Source: Thermoplasmatota archaeon
GTDB lineage: Archaea; Thermoplasmatota; E2; JACPAO01; JAHFTW01
Length of the DNA stretch: 64,000 nt
Assembly: GCA_041601615.1 (NCBI GenBank)
Contig: JBFIHX010000004.1
Coordinates: 64,001-128,000 of the forward strand
Direction of reading: 5' to 3'
Shown one piece after another: positions 27,740 through 37,408 of the stretch; within the stretch, counting starts at the first letter, position 1; every line of letters begins with the position of its first letter. The notes beneath the pieces are model-generated. The model made no database searches, was not told the origin of the DNA, and was given only the letters and a program-made list of their open reading frames with translations. A program made the position numbers and the translations under genes.

Positions 27740-27997
27740 TTAGGATCGACGGATGGGCTGGGTGCGTCGGGGTCGTTTCTTGAGTTCGCCGGAGCAATTG
27801 GGGCAGACGAATCCGTATCCTTCGGCGCAGTCGGGGCACCATGTGCATTCGTGGGAGCAAATGAAGCAGGCGTCGATCCAGGAGAGGTGCGTGGTGCAGC
27901 CGTCGCAGGCGTCCTTGTATTGGAGGGAGTCGGGGTCGAGGCCGGGCGCTTGTTTTGGTGCCAGTTCGTCCGGTTCGAGGTAGTCCTCGGCGTCCAC
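27740..27997 (-). CDS. DUF1272-like Cys-rich protein
   Basis: CDGC...ICSHECTWCPDC...CPNCSGEL..RPRR; start uncertain. Confidence 0.75.
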   Translation of the reverse strand: MDAEDYLEPDELAPKQAPGLDPDSLQYKDACDGCTTHLSWIDACFICSHECTWCPDCAEGYGFVCPNCSGELKKRPRRTQPIRRS

Positions 27998-28281
27998 GAG
28001 GTGGCGACGGGGCGATGGAACTTGAAGGCGGAGGTCGTGAGGCCCAGGCCGACCCCCACCGTTGGGTGGTACCGATTCCGATGGAAGGGCCTTCTGAACC
28101 CACAGTCCCTGGCGAAGCATATGGGGGATGCGGCAAAGTTGCCCTATGTATCTAGAACGAATGAGGGGCTTTGGACTCGAAACCGGCAAATACGACGCGC
28201 ATCTGGCCCGGCCTGTCCAGGGGGCAGTTCTCGTGGATGGAGCAGGCGAGGCGTCGTTTGTTTCGCATGTGCCAACCCCGT

Positions 28282-28364
28282 GCCAGTTTCGCATAGCTAG
28301 GTAGTGCGGCGGATTCGAAATCCGCTGGTCTCTGACCACGCAGGTTCAAATCCTGCAGCTGGCG
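28282..28364 (+). tRNA. tRNA-Ser (CGA)
   Basis: Acceptor stem GCCAGTT/AGCTGGC, anticodon arm GCGGA-TTCGAAA-TCCGC, long variable arm TGGTC-TCT-GACCA, T arm GCAGG-TTCAAAT-CCTGC, G discriminator, no encoded CCA. Confidence 0.95.
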
Positions 28365-28437
28365 CTGATTTTGTCCGCAGGGCCCAAGCGGCCGGACTGC
28401 CTCTTTCCTTCTCCGTCTCCTCGATTCGGTGCTTCTC

Positions 28438-28647
28438 ATGCTCGTCCATGTCCGTTTCCGACCCCGACGCCAAGATGACCGTTCGGTCGATTTGCCCGAC
28501 GGCGCGACGGTGAAGGATCTCGTGGAGGCGGTGGGGGAGCCGATTGATGTGATGGTGTGCGTTCGTGGTGGAGCGCCGATTCCCGACGACAGTGTCTTGT
28601 TTGAGGCGGATGAGTTGTTGCTGTTGTCGGCTGCCAGCGGTGGTTGA
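28438..28647 (+). CDS. Ubiquitin-like MoaD/ThiS (SAMP-like) protein
   Basis: ~69 aa beta-grasp pattern with C-terminal SGG. Confidence 0.8.
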   Translation: MLVHVRFRPRRQDDRSVDLPDGATVKDLVEAVGEPIDVMVCVRGGAPIPDDSVLFEADELLLLSAASGG

Positions 28648-29733
28648 ATGATTCTTGGTCGCGCATCGCCGGAGGGCACGGCCCGGTTTGCTGCTCGGCA
28701 CGCGGGTATGGCGTTTCGTGCCGTGGGCGGATTGCAGGTGAGTTCTCTGGGCATGGGCAGTTATTTGGGAACCACGGACCCGGAGGCACGCGCAGACTAC
28801 TCGGCGGCGGCTCTCGCTTGCTTGCAGGGTGGCGTGAATGTCTTGGATACGGCGAGCAACTACCGTGATCGCTGTTCGGAGCGCGACTTGGGCCGGGCTT
28901 TGGCGGCGTTCGTGGCGGCGGGGGGCGCTCGCGACGAGGTCCTTGTGTCATCGAAGGCCGGTTTTTTGCATCGGGACGCGGACGACGCGGAATGGATGCA
29001 GGAATTGAATCCGGATTCGCATGTGGCGGGCCATAGCTTGGACCCTGAATTTTTGCGCGCCCAGATTGCTCGCAGCCGGGAGGCGTTGGGCGTGGATTGC
29101 ATCGATGTCTATCATGTGCACAACCCGGAGCACCAGTTGCAGGGTGTTTCTGAGGACGAATTGATGCGGCGGCTCCGGGCGGCATTCGTGGTGCTGGAGG
29201 AGGCCGTGGACGCGGGGCACATTCGCATCTATGGCATTGCGACGTGGGATGGTTTGCGCGTCGGCCCTGGGCACCCCAGCCACTTGCCACTCGTCAAGGT
29301 CGTGCACGAAGCGGGCCAGGCGGCGATGTCGCTGGGTCGTCGTGCGTCGGAGCATCGTTTTCGTGCCGTCCAATTGCCGGTAAACCTAGGCATGACCCAG
29401 GCGGCGTTGGTGCCGAGTCAGCCCTGGAAGTTTGGCGACCACACGGCGCTCCAGGCGTGCAAAGACCTTGGCGTGTACGTCCAGGGGTCGTGTGCGCTGG
29501 CGCAGACGTCTCTCGTGGGCCGCATCGCGCCAGAGTGGGCTGAAGCACTCGGCACCGAATCAGATTTGGAAACAGCGATGGCGTTTGCTCGTTCGGTACC
29601 GGGCGTCCACACGGCGCTGGTCGGGATGGGAAAGCTCGAACATGCTCGGCAGAATCTGGAGTGGGCGCTTCGTCGTCCGCCCGACACGGGCACGGTGGGT
29701 CTCTTGTTGGGGCCCGGCGGACCGCACGGTTGA
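28648..29733 (+). CDS. Aldo/keto reductase
   Basis: LGMG; DTASNY; SE..LG; SKAG; DVYHVHNP. Confidence 0.9.
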   Translation: MILGRASPEGTARFAARHAGMAFRAVGGLQVSSLGMGSYLGTTDPEARADYSAAALACLQGGVNVLDTASNYRDRCSERDLGRALAAFVAAGGARDEVLVSSKAGFLHRDADDAEWMQELNPDSHVAGHSLDPEFLRAQIARSREALGVDCIDVYHVHNPEHQLQGVSEDELMRRLRAAFVVLEEAVDAGHIRIYGIATWDGLRVGPGHPSHLPLVKVVHEAGQAAMSLGRRASEHRFRAVQLPVNLGMTQAALVPSQPWKFGDHTALQACKDLGVYVQGSCALAQTSLVGRIAPEWAEALGTESDLETAMAFARSVPGVHTALVGMGKLEHARQNLEWALRRPPDTGTVGLLLGPGGPHG

Positions 29734-29740
29734 GGTTCGT

Positions 29741-30370
29741 TCAGTAGGATTCCCAGTAGGGCACGTCGAGCGGCGGCAGGTGCTCGTAGTCTGTGATGAT
29801 GATGTTGTCGCGGCTCCATGCTCCGAGGTATTGAACGTGGAGAACGCCCTGGTAGCGGTAAGTGCCGTGCACGTCGTTTTGGGTACAGGTGCAGGAGGTG
29901 TCGATGGTCCAATCGTAGACTTCGCCGGGCTTCAGGGTCTTGCCGCCGACCATCACGCCGCCGGTTGTGGCGACCACGGTGATGCGTTCGGGTACGTCCG
30001 GGTGCCACCAGACCAGTTGGTCTAGGGCCTCCAGCGATTGCAATTGGGGGGACCAGCAGCCATCTTCCCAGAGTTTGTCCGTCTCGTCCACGCGGATGGC
30101 TGCGACGTGGGCGTCTCTTGGGTCCGCTTGGTGCCATTCTGTGGCAACGTACCAGATGCGTTGCTGGTCATCATCGGCAGAAAACGGTGGCTGGGCTATG
30201 TCGCAGACTCCTTGCGGCTGTGGTTCGGGGCCCGTTTCCTCGACGCTGCCGCCGATTACAAGCACATGCAAAACGTCGGTCGGGGCAGGGGGAGTTCGAT
30301 CGGGTCCGGAGTCAAGGCAACCTGTGAGCACCGTGGCCAGCAAGAGGACCAAGAACCGGCCACGGTGCAT
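29741..30370 (-). CDS. Hypothetical lipoprotein
   Basis: VLTGCL lipobox after a basic/hydrophobic signal. Confidence 0.7.
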   Translation of the reverse strand: MHRGRFLVLLLATVLTGCLDSGPDRTPPAPTDVLHVLVIGGSVEETGPEPQPQGVCDIAQPPFSADDDQQRIWYVATEWHQADPRDAHVAAIRVDETDKLWEDGCWSPQLQSLEALDQLVWWHPDVPERITVVATTGGVMVGGKTLKPGEVYDWTIDTSCTCTQNDVHGTYRYQGVLHVQYLGAWSRDNIIITDYEHLPPLDVPYWESY

Positions 30371-30503
30371 GAGCCATCATGTACGCCCTAGCGGTTGTAG
30401 CTTTGCGTTTTGTTGGCAAAAAAACAACCAATCGCGGTACCGCCCGTGGCTGGCCGCTGGAACCGGGTGTATCTGCTTTTGACGGAGTTTCTTTCGCGCC
30501 ACC

Positions 30504-30956
30504 ATGGCGATGATCAAGGAATTCAAGGAGTTCATCATGAAGGGCAACGTGCTGGACTTGGCGGTCGCATTGGTGCTTGGCATTGCCTTTGGCGCCGTGG
30601 TCAAGTCGCTCGTGGATGATGTGATCATGCCCGCCGTGGGCCTAGCGCTAGGCGGCACGGACTTCACGAACTTGTACTGGGTCATGAAATCGGGCGCGAC
30701 TCCAGTGCCGGATGGCGCAACACTGGAGGCAGCACGCGCCACGGGTGCTGCGGTCATGGCGTATGGGTTGTTTTTGAACAACATCGTGACCTTTGTCATC
30801 ATTGGCTTTGCGATCTTCATGATCGTCAAGGCAGTCAATAAGGCCCAACGTGCCCCGGCGGCGACGCCAAGCAACATGAAGCCGTGCGCTCAGTGCACCA
30901 TGGACATTCCCTTGGCTGCTTCGCGCTGCCCCCACTGCACGGCGCCGCTGGCGTAG
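30504..30956 (+). CDS. mscL: Large-conductance mechanosensitive channel with C-terminal zinc ribbon
   Basis: FKEFIMKGNVLDLAVA; YG.FL...V.F; CAQC..CPHC tail. Confidence 0.93.
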   Translation: MAMIKEFKEFIMKGNVLDLAVALVLGIAFGAVVKSLVDDVIMPAVGLALGGTDFTNLYWVMKSGATPVPDGATLEAARATGAAVMAYGLFLNNIVTFVIIGFAIFMIVKAVNKAQRAPAATPSNMKPCAQCTMDIPLAASRCPHCTAPLA

Positions 30957-30964
30957 TGGGCTAA

Positions 30965-32314
30965 TTAGGGTCGGCCGGCGGGGCTGCGGCTGCCTGCGCG
31001 CACTTCGTGGACAAGATCCGCGAGGGACACGGAGCGAGATTCGCCGCTGACGAGGTCCTTGATGCGCACTTGGCCGGATTCGAGGTCGCGGTCGCCGAGA
31101 ATGACGAGAAGCCGGGCACCGACGGCGGTCGCCGCTTTGGTGATTTTGTCCGGTTTGCGTCCCAATAGGTCCATGTCCACGGGCACGCCGTCCTTGCGAA
31201 GCTGCGTCACCGTTTCCACGACGACTGCTTGCGCCGCCTCGCCGAGCGCTCCGAAGTACGCGACGGGACCGGCAGCGATGGGAAGCGCCACGCCTTGTTT
31301 TTCGAGCGCCACGAGGGTGCGGTCGAAGCCGAGGCCGAAGCCCATGGTATCTGTTTTAGCACCACCAAATAAATGGGATAAATCGTACCCGCCGCCGCCA
31401 AGAAGTTGGCTTTGGGCCTCCAGTTCCTTGCAGTGGAACTCGAAGACGACGCCGGTGTAGTAGTCGAGGCCGCGGGCGATGCCGAGGTTGAGGGTGGGGG
31501 TGATGCCGAGGTTTTCCAGATGGTTGAAAACTGCCTTGAGTTCATTCAAACGAGTGACCTGAGCACCCTTTTCCCAATCCATTGGTTCCATGGCTCCACC
31601 ACCTGACAAATGCAAACTTTGATCCCAATTTCTCCAGTGTTGTATCGCTTCGGCTATCGTACTGGAAGAAATTATTTTTCTAAATCCAGCAAGAACCTCG
31701 GGGGGTGCAGCGCCCCCAAGGTGTGCTTCCAGAGCGGCCCAGTCCTCTTTGTCGATAGTGCGCATAATCAGCTTGCGATCCAGGTTCGGGTAGCCCTGCA
31801 TGATGCGGGTTACCATTCGCCCAAGCAAATCAACGTGTCCAACTCGAATCTCCACATCCTTGAGCCCAAGCGCCTCGAAGCAACTGGCGCCGAGTGCAAT
31901 CAATTCCGCGTATGCCAGTGGCGTTCCGGCGCCGATTTGTTCGCAGCCGAATTGCCAGAATTCGCGGTAGCGGCCTTCTTGGGGTCGGTCGTAGCGGAAG
32001 CAACTGCCGTGGTAGAACCATTTGAGGGGCTTGGGGTCGAAGGCGTGGTCTTGGAAGTACATTCGCATGACGGGTGCGGTCAGTTCCGGGCGGAGCGTCA
32101 TTTTGCGCTTGCCCTTGTCTTCGAAATTGTATAATTCGGAGATGATGCCGTCGCCGCTTTTGGCGGTAAACAATTCCAATTCCTCGAAGGTGGGCGTTTG
32201 GACCTCGTGGAATGCAAAGCGCCGAAACACGTCGCGGATGCAGGCGGCGGCCCAGGTTCGAGCGGCCATTTCGTCGGGCCCGAAGTCGCGGGTGCCTCGG
32301 GGTCGGTTCGCCAT
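30965..32314 (-). CDS. hisS: Histidine--tRNA ligase
   Basis: PRGTRDF; LRPELTAP; FRYDRPQEGRYREFWQ; RGLDYYTG; GFGLGFDR. Confidence 0.96.
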   Translation of the reverse strand: MANRPRGTRDFGPDEMAARTWAAACIRDVFRRFAFHEVQTPTFEELELFTAKSGDGIISELYNFEDKGKRKMTLRPELTAPVMRMYFQDHAFDPKPLKWFYHGSCFRYDRPQEGRYREFWQFGCEQIGAGTPLAYAELIALGASCFEALGLKDVEIRVGHVDLLGRMVTRIMQGYPNLDRKLIMRTIDKEDWAALEAHLGGAAPPEVLAGFRKIISSSTIAEAIQHWRNWDQSLHLSGGGAMEPMDWEKGAQVTRLNELKAVFNHLENLGITPTLNLGIARGLDYYTGVVFEFHCKELEAQSQLLGGGGYDLSHLFGGAKTDTMGFGLGFDRTLVALEKQGVALPIAAGPVAYFGALGEAAQAVVVETVTQLRKDGVPVDMDLLGRKPDKITKAATAVGARLLVILGDRDLESGQVRIKDLVSGESRSVSLADLVHEVRAGSRSPAGRP

Positions 32315-32416
32315 GCCGTGCGCACTTTGGGGGGTGTCAAATGCGTACCGGCCGAGACACTTGGGACCACTGCCTAGGTTCGCGCTTCTTTTATCAGGGC
32401 TTTCGGTGGGAATTCC

Positions 32417-33859
32417 ATGGTCGTCCGGGCCCGTGGCCTCCCGTCCTTGCTGCTCCTGCTGCTTTTGCTTGCCCCCTTGGCGAGCGCGGGCTCTGTGGAT
32501 GATCCAGAACTGACCGATCCTTCCGGTGACGCCGATGATGGCATTCCGAACACCGACTACACGGGCATTGACATCATCAAGGTCTGGGTTTCCTCCGAGA
32601 ACGCCACGCATGTATTCGTGATGGTGCAGACCGTCGGCAACATCCAGGAAGGGAATCAGCAACAGTTCAGTTTCCAGCTTTTCTTGACGCACAATTCGAC
32701 CGAGCAGAGGATTCCCGTGGAGCTTGCGGGCTCCACGCCGAGTGTTGGTTCCATCGCGGGCAACATTCTCGAAGTGCCGTTCTCCAAGGCGGACTTTGCG
32801 GGCATCCGTCCTGGTGATGTTCTCGATTCTTTGTCTGTGATCTCCACCGGAACCACCGGGGCCTCGTCCATCAGCAGCGCTGGCGACCGTGCCCCTGACG
32901 AGGACGCCGCTCCGGCTCGCAACTACACCGTTGGTTCGCAAGCGATTGCGGGCGTGGATTATGATGGCGATGGCCTCGATGACCGCGACGAGCTTCGCAA
33001 CGGGACGAATCCTGCCAAAGCGGACACCGACGGCGACGGGCTCAGCGATTCGGACGAGTTGAACCGGGGCACAGACCCGAACAACGCGGACACGGACGGC
33101 GATGGCCTTTCGGACGGCGCGGAGGTTGCTCTTGGCACCGATCCACTGCTGGCAGACTCCGACAACGATGGCCTTAGCGATGGCGACGAGGTCAACGTCC
33201 ACGGCACGGATCCCCTTAAGGCCGACACGGACGAAGATGGGATCTCAGACGCGGATGAATTGACCTTCCAAACGGATCCGACGAAAGCGGACACGGACGG
33301 CGACGGCATCGACGACAAGACGGAGCTGGAAAACGACCGTTTGAATCCCCGCGATGCAAGCGATGGCCTTGCGGACCCGGACGGCGACGGTGTGAGCACG
33401 GCCGATGAGTTGGCGGCGGGCACGGATCCGTTCACGAGCGACTTGGACGACGGCAAGCTCACAGATGCGGGCCCCGGTGGCATCGCCTTGTGGATCTGGA
33501 TCGCCCTCGCGGTGATTGTGCTGCTTCTGCTGGTGCTGCTGTTCGTGCTCTTGGCGCGTCGTCGCCGTGAGCCGAAGGAAGATGCGGTACCCGAGGACAT
33601 CGTCGAGGTGGAGGAGTACTCCGAGTTGGACGATGATGATGCGCCGTTTGTTTTGAGCGAGGACTACCTTCGCGAGGGACTTTCGGACGAAGAAGTGGAT
33701 GCTGCCCGCGCTCGTTTCATGGACCGTGAGAAGCGGTTCTGGGACAACAGCAACCCCGACCGAAGCCGCGAGCACGACGACGAGGACCTTCCGGCTCCTT
33801 GGGGCGACCACGCGGAAGGCAGTGCGCCTCGCCGGCTCTGGAAGAAGCGCGACGAGTAG
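32417..33859 (+). CDS. Membrane-anchored surface protein with thrombospondin type-3-like Ca-binding repeats
   Basis: Signal peptide; about seven D(T/S)DGDG(L/I)SD..E...GTDP repeats; TM helix followed by RRRR and an acidic tail. Confidence 0.85.
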   Translation: MVVRARGLPSLLLLLLLLAPLASAGSVDDPELTDPSGDADDGIPNTDYTGIDIIKVWVSSENATHVFVMVQTVGNIQEGNQQQFSFQLFLTHNSTEQRIPVELAGSTPSVGSIAGNILEVPFSKADFAGIRPGDVLDSLSVISTGTTGASSISSAGDRAPDEDAAPARNYTVGSQAIAGVDYDGDGLDDRDELRNGTNPAKADTDGDGLSDSDELNRGTDPNNADTDGDGLSDGAEVALGTDPLLADSDNDGLSDGDEVNVHGTDPLKADTDEDGISDADELTFQTDPTKADTDGDGIDDKTELENDRLNPRDASDGLADPDGDGVSTADELAAGTDPFTSDLDDGKLTDAGPGGIALWIWIALAVIVLLLLVLLFVLLARRRREPKEDAVPEDIVEVEEYSELDDDDAPFVLSEDYLREGLSDEEVDAARARFMDREKRFWDNSNPDRSREHDDEDLPAPWGDHAEGSAPRRLWKKRDE

Positions 33860-33974
33860 TTCGATTTCCGTGGCTCCGGCCCGGTGAGGCTTGTTCAAGC
33901 TGCAAACGGGGAGCGGACGCTCAGGAAAGGACCTAGGTGCGCCGCGTGGGCGCATGATGCCGGTGGACGCTCGA

Positions 33975-35369
33975 TTAGAGGTCCTTGGTTTCGGCCATCA
34001 CTTGGTCGATGATTTCATCGACTGGGCCGACGTAGTTGGCGGGGTCTACGGCTTCGTGTACTCCGGCTTCTCCGAGCAAGCCGGTGATGATGGAGTGGCG
34101 AAGGAGCGCTTCGCGGTAGTGGCTGCCGTCTGCGATGGATTCCATGGCAGCTTCGCGGGCAACTTCGTGGGCTTCTTGGCGGCCCATGCCTTTCTCGGTG
34201 AGGGCAATCATCACGGCTTCGGCCATCATGAGGCCCTGGGCGCGTTCCATGTTGAGCGCCATGCGGTCGGGGCGGACGCGCAGGTGCGTGAAGACGTCCT
34301 CCATTTTGTGCACGCACCAGTCGACGAGGATGAACATGTGCGGGTGGATGAAGCGCTCGGGGGCCGAGTTGGCAAGGTCGCGTTCGTTCCATTGCACGGC
34401 GTTTTCCCAGCTTGGAATCAGCATGCTGCGGGCTAGGCGGGCCAGGCCGGAGACCTGCTCCGAGGTGATGGGGTTCTGTTTGTGGGGCATCGTGGAGGAG
34501 CCCACTTGTTTTGCTACGTCGAAGCCTTCGGCGACTTCGCCAATTTCGGTGCGTTGGAGGGTGCGGACTTCTGTGGCGAATTTCTCGAGGCTGGTTGCGA
34601 TGTTGGCGAGGTGCGAGAGAAGTTCGATGTAGCGGTCGCGTTGGATGATTTGGGTGCTGGCGGTGGTCGGGCGCAGGCCGAGGCGGTCGCAGACGATTTG
34701 CTGAACTTGGATGCCTTTGCCTCGGAAGGCGGCCATGCTGCCGGTAGCACCCGACATCATGCCGACTTCGATGCGCTTGCGCACTTCGGCAAGGCGTTGG
34801 AGGTGGCGGCCGGTTTCGCTGGCAAAGACGGCCATTTTGAGGCCGAAGGTGATGGGGACGGCACTTTGGCCGTGGGTGCGGCCGAGCATCGTGGTGTGGC
34901 GGTGCTCGTCGGCAAGCTTCAGGAGGGCGTTGCGCAGGGCGCGCAGGCGTTCGGCGACGAGGTTGGTGGCGTCGCGAAATTGCAGCGCGTTGGCGGTGTC
35001 GATGGTGTCGTAGCTGGTGGCGCCTTGGTGGACGTACTTGCCGGGCATCAGCTCGGGGAAGTCTTCGTCGGCGGCTTCGGTCATGGCTTTGACGACGGCC
35101 ATGAGGTCGTGGCGGATTTCGGCTTCGATTTCCTTGACGCGCTCTGGCGTGACGCGGCCGGGGTTGTCGGCGACTGCTTGCAGCGCTTCGGCGGCCGCAA
35201 GGGGCACGGTGCCGGTTTCGGCGTGTGCGTGGGCGAGTGCCGCTTCCACTTGCATGAGGTAGCGCAATCGGCTTTCTTCGCTGAAGACTTGCTTCATCTC
35301 AGCTCGGCCGTAGCGGTAGTCGAGGGGGCAAACCAGTCCGTCCACGAATGCGGCGAGGGGGCGCGCCAT
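33975..35369 (-). CDS. purB: Adenylosuccinate lyase
   Basis: HQGATSYD; GRTHGQ; GSSTMPHKQNP signature. Confidence 0.95.
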   Translation of the reverse strand: MARPLAAFVDGLVCPLDYRYGRAEMKQVFSEESRLRYLMQVEAALAHAHAETGTVPLAAAEALQAVADNPGRVTPERVKEIEAEIRHDLMAVVKAMTEAADEDFPELMPGKYVHQGATSYDTIDTANALQFRDATNLVAERLRALRNALLKLADEHRHTTMLGRTHGQSAVPITFGLKMAVFASETGRHLQRLAEVRKRIEVGMMSGATGSMAAFRGKGIQVQQIVCDRLGLRPTTASTQIIQRDRYIELLSHLANIATSLEKFATEVRTLQRTEIGEVAEGFDVAKQVGSSTMPHKQNPITSEQVSGLARLARSMLIPSWENAVQWNERDLANSAPERFIHPHMFILVDWCVHKMEDVFTHLRVRPDRMALNMERAQGLMMAEAVMIALTEKGMGRQEAHEVAREAAMESIADGSHYREALLRHSIITGLLGEAGVHEAVDPANYVGPVDEIIDQVMAETKDL

Positions 35370-35447
35370 GAAAGGGCTTCGACGGCTTGGTTCAGGGCGT
35401 GTACGTTGTGCCACAAGGGTCACATGACCGGATTCCTCCTCCGTTTC

Positions 35448-37211
35448 ATGCGCACACCCCGTGTCGTCTGGTTGGCCTCCTTGTTGGTACTAGTTGCTCT
35501 TGGCGGTTGCTTGACGAGCGACTCCAGCGCGGACCCATCGGATTCCGACTCCGAGTCTCCTGTTCGCCTTGGAGTGGAGGAATGGAAGGCACGGCTGTCG
35601 CAACCGATGTACGGTGCGGTGACGGAGTCCATTGTTGGGCTGACGGCCGAGGACGGGGCCCATCTGAGTTTGACACTGTTTTTGCCGGCGGGCCTGGAGG
35701 CGGGCGAGAAGGTTCCAACACTGATGGAATTGACGCCGTATCAGACCCTGGACCGGGGGCTTGGTGCGCTTTCCACTTCGCCCCATGCGGGCAGCGGTTG
35801 GCAGGAGATGGTTCTGCGGGGCATCGCGTTTGTTCGCGCCGACGCTCGAGGCACCCACAGTTCCGAGGGTTGCCTGGACTTTGGCGGCGAGATTGACCGC
35901 AGTGATGCTCGGGTGTTTATGGATTGGATTCGTGCGCAGCCTTGGAGCAATGGTCGCATCGTGACGGATGGCGTGAGTCATCCGGGGATGGGCAGTGTGG
36001 TGGCGCACGTGGCGGACCCACAGCTCACGGCGGCGATTGCCACGGCCCCCGTGGTCAGCTACTACATGGACGAGTGGTACCAGGGCGCAAAGTACGACAA
36101 CCAGTTCAACGGACCTGCCTATCAGGCCATTGAACTTGCGCCGACGACGTCCACGAAGCCGGACGATGTGGTGGCGCAAGCGGCACCGTGCACGGGCAAA
36201 ACCGCGACGGATTTTGGCATCGATGGCACCTGGGGCCCGTTGTGGCAGGAGCGCGACCTTGCCCTCACGCTCGAATCCGAACTGGAGGCCGGCACAGCGT
36301 ACTCGGCTCCGATTCTCATCAATCAAGGTTTTGCCGACTTGAACGTGCAACCGGATCACGCGCAAATGTACTGGGACTCGCTCCCGGATTCGTTCCCTAA
36401 GTCCATGATTCTGGGTTGGTGGTACCACTCTTGGCCCACCATGGAGGGACACCCGGCGGAGCATTTTTCGGACGTTCGCCAGCGATTCTTTGATCACTAC
36501 TTGCTGGGCATCGACAATGGCTGGGAAGCCGAGCCCCGCGTGGTCGTGGAGGACTCCCAGGGTACCTGGCATGAGAGCCATGATTGGCCTTTGGATGGGA
36601 GCGAGCGCTGGATGCTTTGGGCCTCTGAAGCCTTGGGACTCGCCCGACTCCCCACTGCGGATGGTTCTGCAAGCTACGCAGATCCGTTGCCGCGGGACCA
36701 GGACTCGGAAAGCGCCCGCCTGCGGTTTCGTGGCGATCCTGTGGAATCGGCGAAGTTGGTCAACGGGCAACCCGTGGTGGAGTTGGTCGCTTCGAGCAGC
36801 GGGTCCGAGACAAAATGGGTCGCGTTCCTTCTCGATGAGGCCCCCGATGGTTCCGTGGAACGCATCAGCCATGGCGCGACGGACAGCCACCGGTTGCACG
36901 AGCGCGACGAAGCGTGGAGTGCCTTGACGCCGAGAGAATCCAAGACTTGGACCATGAAGCTCCTGCCCACCGCGTATGTGTTGGAGGAGGGCCACCGCCT
37001 CGTCTTGGAAATCAGCAGCCAGGAGAGCAACATGATTCGTTTGGCGGATCGTTGCTGGGACGACCACCGAGGCGGCTCGTATTGTCCAAACGGAATCCTT
37101 CCCTCCGTCACAGCGGGCCGGGCCATCAATACGGTGCAGACGGGAGCCGAGGGCACAAGGGTCTTCGTGGATTTGGTGGACCCTGCGCTCAATGCGATCG
37201 GCCTCCACTAA
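35448..37211 (+). CDS. CocE/NonD family (Xaa-Pro dipeptidyl-peptidase-like) hydrolase, lipoprotein
   Basis: LGGC lipobox; TPY; DARGTHSSEG; WIRAQPWSNGRI; GVSH nucleophile region. Confidence 0.85.
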   Translation: MRTPRVVWLASLLVLVALGGCLTSDSSADPSDSDSESPVRLGVEEWKARLSQPMYGAVTESIVGLTAEDGAHLSLTLFLPAGLEAGEKVPTLMELTPYQTLDRGLGALSTSPHAGSGWQEMVLRGIAFVRADARGTHSSEGCLDFGGEIDRSDARVFMDWIRAQPWSNGRIVTDGVSHPGMGSVVAHVADPQLTAAIATAPVVSYYMDEWYQGAKYDNQFNGPAYQAIELAPTTSTKPDDVVAQAAPCTGKTATDFGIDGTWGPLWQERDLALTLESELEAGTAYSAPILINQGFADLNVQPDHAQMYWDSLPDSFPKSMILGWWYHSWPTMEGHPAEHFSDVRQRFFDHYLLGIDNGWEAEPRVVVEDSQGTWHESHDWPLDGSERWMLWASEALGLARLPTADGSASYADPLPRDQDSESARLRFRGDPVESAKLVNGQPVVELVASSSGSETKWVAFLLDEAPDGSVERISHGATDSHRLHERDEAWSALTPRESKTWTMKLLPTAYVLEEGHRLVLEISSQESNMIRLADRCWDDHRGGSYCPNGILPSVTAGRAINTVQTGAEGTRVFVDLVDPALNAIGLH

Positions 37212-37408
37212 GAGGGAGCCAAACTCGGGCGGAAACCGGGAAGCGGCCCGGCGACTTTCTCCACTCATGTGCGCGCCATGCGTGCGCGCGCGTCCTGTTT
37301 TGATGCTGCCAGATCAGCGGCCGAAAAATGGTCGGCAGGAAATGCGCACGGCACCTTCGGATAACGGTCCAAGGCAGGGGAAGAAGGAGGGAAAAGGTTC
37401 GTTCGGGC

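Noticed and set aside
28282-29733. Integrated element at tRNA-Ser
   Set aside because: No integrase and no duplicated tRNA 3' end found in the window
33860-33992. Fold-back AAGGACCT/AGGTCCTT onto the purB end plus a GTCCGCTC-like word
   Set aside because: Only 8 bp, no duplicated gene end and no full core; compatible with chance or an ordinary terminator hairpin
10286-37319. 11-mer CCAGATCAGCG shared by two intergenic regions
   Set aside because: No extension beyond 11 bp; expected by chance in this much GC-rich sequence
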